Source: Candidatus Dojkabacteria bacterium
GTDB taxonomy: Bacteria > Patescibacteriota > Dojkabacteria > SC72 > JAFGCJ01
Reading direction: 5' to 3'
DNA: 64,000 nucleotides
Assembly: GCA_016929645.1 (NCBI GenBank)
Contig: JAFGIK010000026.1
Coordinates: 14,288 to 78,287, forward strand
Both the position numbers and the translations under genes were made by a program. Each line of letters opens with the position of its first letter. Positions within the stretch are counted from its first letter, which is position 1. The notes beneath the pieces are model-generated. The model was not told the origin of the DNA. It worked only from the letters and a program-made list of their open reading frames with translations, and searched no databases. Below are positions 62,016 to 64,000 of the stretch, piece after piece.

Positions 62016-62219
62016 CCCCATGCGTGTGCTCTAGCCAAATGAGCTACACCCCGATTCAAAAATCAACATTTTCCCTCTACTCGAGGGGCATCTCCCCATA
62101 CTACGCACCGACCAATTTACCTAGAATTCAATACCATTTCATAAAATATTTACGATAATATCATAAAACAACAGTAATCTTACTAAATCAATACTAGTTA
62201 TCAATCAGCAATAAATCAC

Positions 62220-63266
62220 CTACCTCTTTATCTCAATTATTACTTGACTGGGAGAATCACTTTTGGAAATTTTGTATGTCGTTTCCTTTGTTAACTTAAA
62301 CGTATATGTGCTTGTTCCACTTGCAAATGATCCGGACATGCTTGGTGAAATGCCAGAAAGCTCGGTATCAATAACATTATCGGTTCCACAAATTGAATCC
62401 TTTTGTAAATTTGAAAATTTTACTGTAACCGTCTTATTGGTAGCATTATATGTCGCAGTAACTGGTGGAATTTTATTTGCTGAATTGGAAGATGTTTCCC
62501 AAACAAATTTCAGAACATCACCTTCAATAGCCCATGAGTATCTTACTAGGCTGACATCACCACTAGAGTTCACAGTTGAGAAAGTTTGGGTATTATTTGA
62601 AAAAACATTTGGGTCTGCAACGGCATCTGTATCATCTTCATCATCTGAGCCACTACTATCAAAATCACCAGAATCATCGTCAGCGGCATCATCAGGACCA
62701 TTACTCATATCTGGATAAATTACATCAAGCCAAACACTTAAGCCATCGCCTTCTCGCAATCTAAATTCGACATCACTATCAATTCCAATATTATAAATTG
62801 ACTCATTCTCATTACTGCTGATTGCATGATAAATATTTACAATACCATCTTGATTAACAGTTCTAGAGCTTTGATAGGCAATTCCACTGTTATCTGTTGA
62901 AACTCCTTTTATAATAACTTCAATATATCCAGATGCTGAATTTAAGCTAGCTGTAACCAAAGGCAATTTTGAACTGCTTGATTGGAATTTAAATTCAAAT
63001 TCATGGTAGTCCGCAACTCTAGAATCCTCAATCGAAACCAGATCATAGTCTACGTCTTCATCGTATTCACCGATGGCCTGTGCATCCATTGAAAAATCAA
63101 CAATGTCTTCAGTACCAGTATCTTTGTCATCGTTTGTGGAACTATCTGAATCGTTGCTGGAATCATCAGTAGTCTCATCTTTTTTACATCCACTGAAAAG
63201 CAAAGAGAAGGAAACAATTAATAAGATAAAAAATGAAGAAAATCTTTTCAATGAGAGTGATTTCAT
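62220..63266 (-). CDS. Putative lipoprotein with two beta-rich (AMIN-like) domains
   Basis: Lipobox LLFSGC; acidic Asp/Ser linkers; two similar domains. Confidence 0.75.
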   Translation of the reverse strand: MKSLSLKRFSSFFILLIVSFSLLFSGCKKDETTDDSSNDSDSSTNDDKDTGTEDIVDFSMDAQAIGEYDEDVDYDLVSIEDSRVADYHEFEFKFQSSSSKLPLVTASLNSASGYIEVIIKGVSTDNSGIAYQSSRTVNQDGIVNIYHAISSNENESIYNIGIDSDVEFRLREGDGLSVWLDVIYPDMSNGPDDAADDDSGDFDSSGSDDEDDTDAVADPNVFSNNTQTFSTVNSSGDVSLVRYSWAIEGDVLKFVWETSSNSANKIPPVTATYNATNKTVTVKFSNLQKDSICGTDNVIDTELSGISPSMSGSFASGTSTYTFKLTKETTYKISKSDSPSQVIIEIKR

Positions 63267-63400
63267 TATTTAGCAAATTTAAATTTAACTAAAGATTAAG
63301 GCTTTTATGTAGAGTTTAATGCGATCAACTACTGCCTGTAATATTTATTATACTACAATTTTTAGCGACAAATTAATTTTAATCATTAACCTGAAAATTC

Positions 63401-64000
63401 TCACTGTTTCAAAAATTCACCAACCAGTCCACCTTTACTGGCTTCTACAATTTTCACTTTTTGAAAGGTTCCGATTTTGTCTGGATTAACATTATCAACA
63501 ATAACATCTGTCAAATCGTTACTCACTGCCTTTCGTGGGGATAAAACCAAAACAGTAACAGTCTTACCGACAAATCTTGTATTTCGTTTTTCAAATTCGC
63601 TAACTATAAAATCCTCAAGTTTTCGCTTTCTCTCCTTTTTCATTAACCTCGGTACATCATCATTCATCGTTGCACTTGCTGCAGGTGGTCGCGGAGAGTA
63701 TTCTGAAACATATGCCATTGAAAACTTAGATTTTTTTACTAAATCGAAAGTTTCATTGAAATCCTCTTCTGTTTCTCCAGGAAAGCCAACAATCACATCT
63801 GTGCTAAGCCTTACATTTGGGTACTTTTCATGAATATACTCAATAGTTCTAAAATAATCGTCTCTACTATAACCTCTATTCATCTTCTTCAATATCAAGC
63901 TAGAACCTGATTGAACCGGTAGATTAATGTATGAACATAATTTTTCGTTATCTTTCATCAGATCAACAATTCTACTTTCAAAATCTTTAGGATGTGAGGT
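63401..64000 (-). CDS. miaB: MiaB-like methylthiotransferase, C-terminal part (runs off the right edge)
   Basis: Frame open to the edge: TSHPKD, LPVQSGS..ILKKMNRGY, STDVIVGFPGETEEDF, YSPRP, TRAM-like end. Confidence 0.85.
   Translation of the reverse strand, partial: TSHPKDFESRIVDLMKDNEKLCSYINLPVQSGSSLILKKMNRGYSRDDYFRTIEYIHEKYPNVRLSTDVIVGFPGETEEDFNETFDLVKKSKFSMAYVSEYSPRPPAASATMNDDVPRLMKKERKRKLEDFIVSEFEKRNTRFVGKTVTVLVLSPRKAVSNDLTDVIVDNVNPDKIGTFQKVKIVEASKGGLVGEFLKQ

Larger units (their letters stand above)
61844..62053 (-). tRNA. Interrupted (outer) tRNA-Pro(GGG): 5' half 62053-62016, 3' half 61885-61844
   Basis: Joining the halves across one copy of the ATGGGG duplication gives cggggtg-ta-gctc-atttggcta-gagc-a-cacgc-atGGGgt-gcgtg-gggtc-gctcg-ttcaagt-cgagt-caccccg-a, a complete cloverleaf. 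Confidence 0.85.

Noticed and set aside
61613-62158. ORFs 61613-61885 (-) and 61859-62158 (+)
   Set aside because: They overlap the tRNA-Pro structures and have no recognisable protein features.
1-64000. Alternative genetic code (TGA=Gly) as in Gracilibacteria/Absconditabacteria
   Set aside because: Conserved genes are full length under code 11, gltX and the miaB-like gene end in TGA, and RF2 is present.

Overview
AT-rich (roughly one-third GC, estimated by eye) chromosomal segment using genetic code 11, with TGA as a stop codon. The gene content suggests a CPR/Patescibacteria bacterium, possibly Dojkabacteria/WS6; this is inference, not a computed taxonomy. Most of the window is housekeeping: uppP, gpmI, prfB, ftsEX plus an M23 protein, hpf, fpg, AmmeMemoRadiSam, trxA, yvcK, gltX, T-box-regulated aspS, recJ-recX-sppA-recA, mscL, rlmN, ADP-forming acetyl-CoA synthetase and a miaB-like gene. 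Two accessory stretches (about 20.7-28.5 kb and 53-62 kb) each end at a tRNA. The standout feature is at 61.8-62.1 kb. An intact tRNA-Pro(GGG), bracketed by a perfect 15-bp inverted repeat, sits inside the anticodon loop of a second, sequence-distinct tRNA-Pro(GGG), with a 6-bp duplication of the loop. Decayed halves of a third copy lie outside with the same spacing, suggesting repeated insertion of a ~136-bp tRNA-carrying mini-element into its own anticodon loop. Other notable items: a structured non-coding element downstream of tRNA-Gln, a heliorhodopsin, FtsE fused to an RNAP alpha-CTD-like domain, a circularly permuted M23 peptidase, a GAD-less AspRS fused to YbaK, an RmlC-RmlD fusion, an SDR-deaminase/NDT/TrmB locus, and a head-to-head junction of two 5'-truncated genes.
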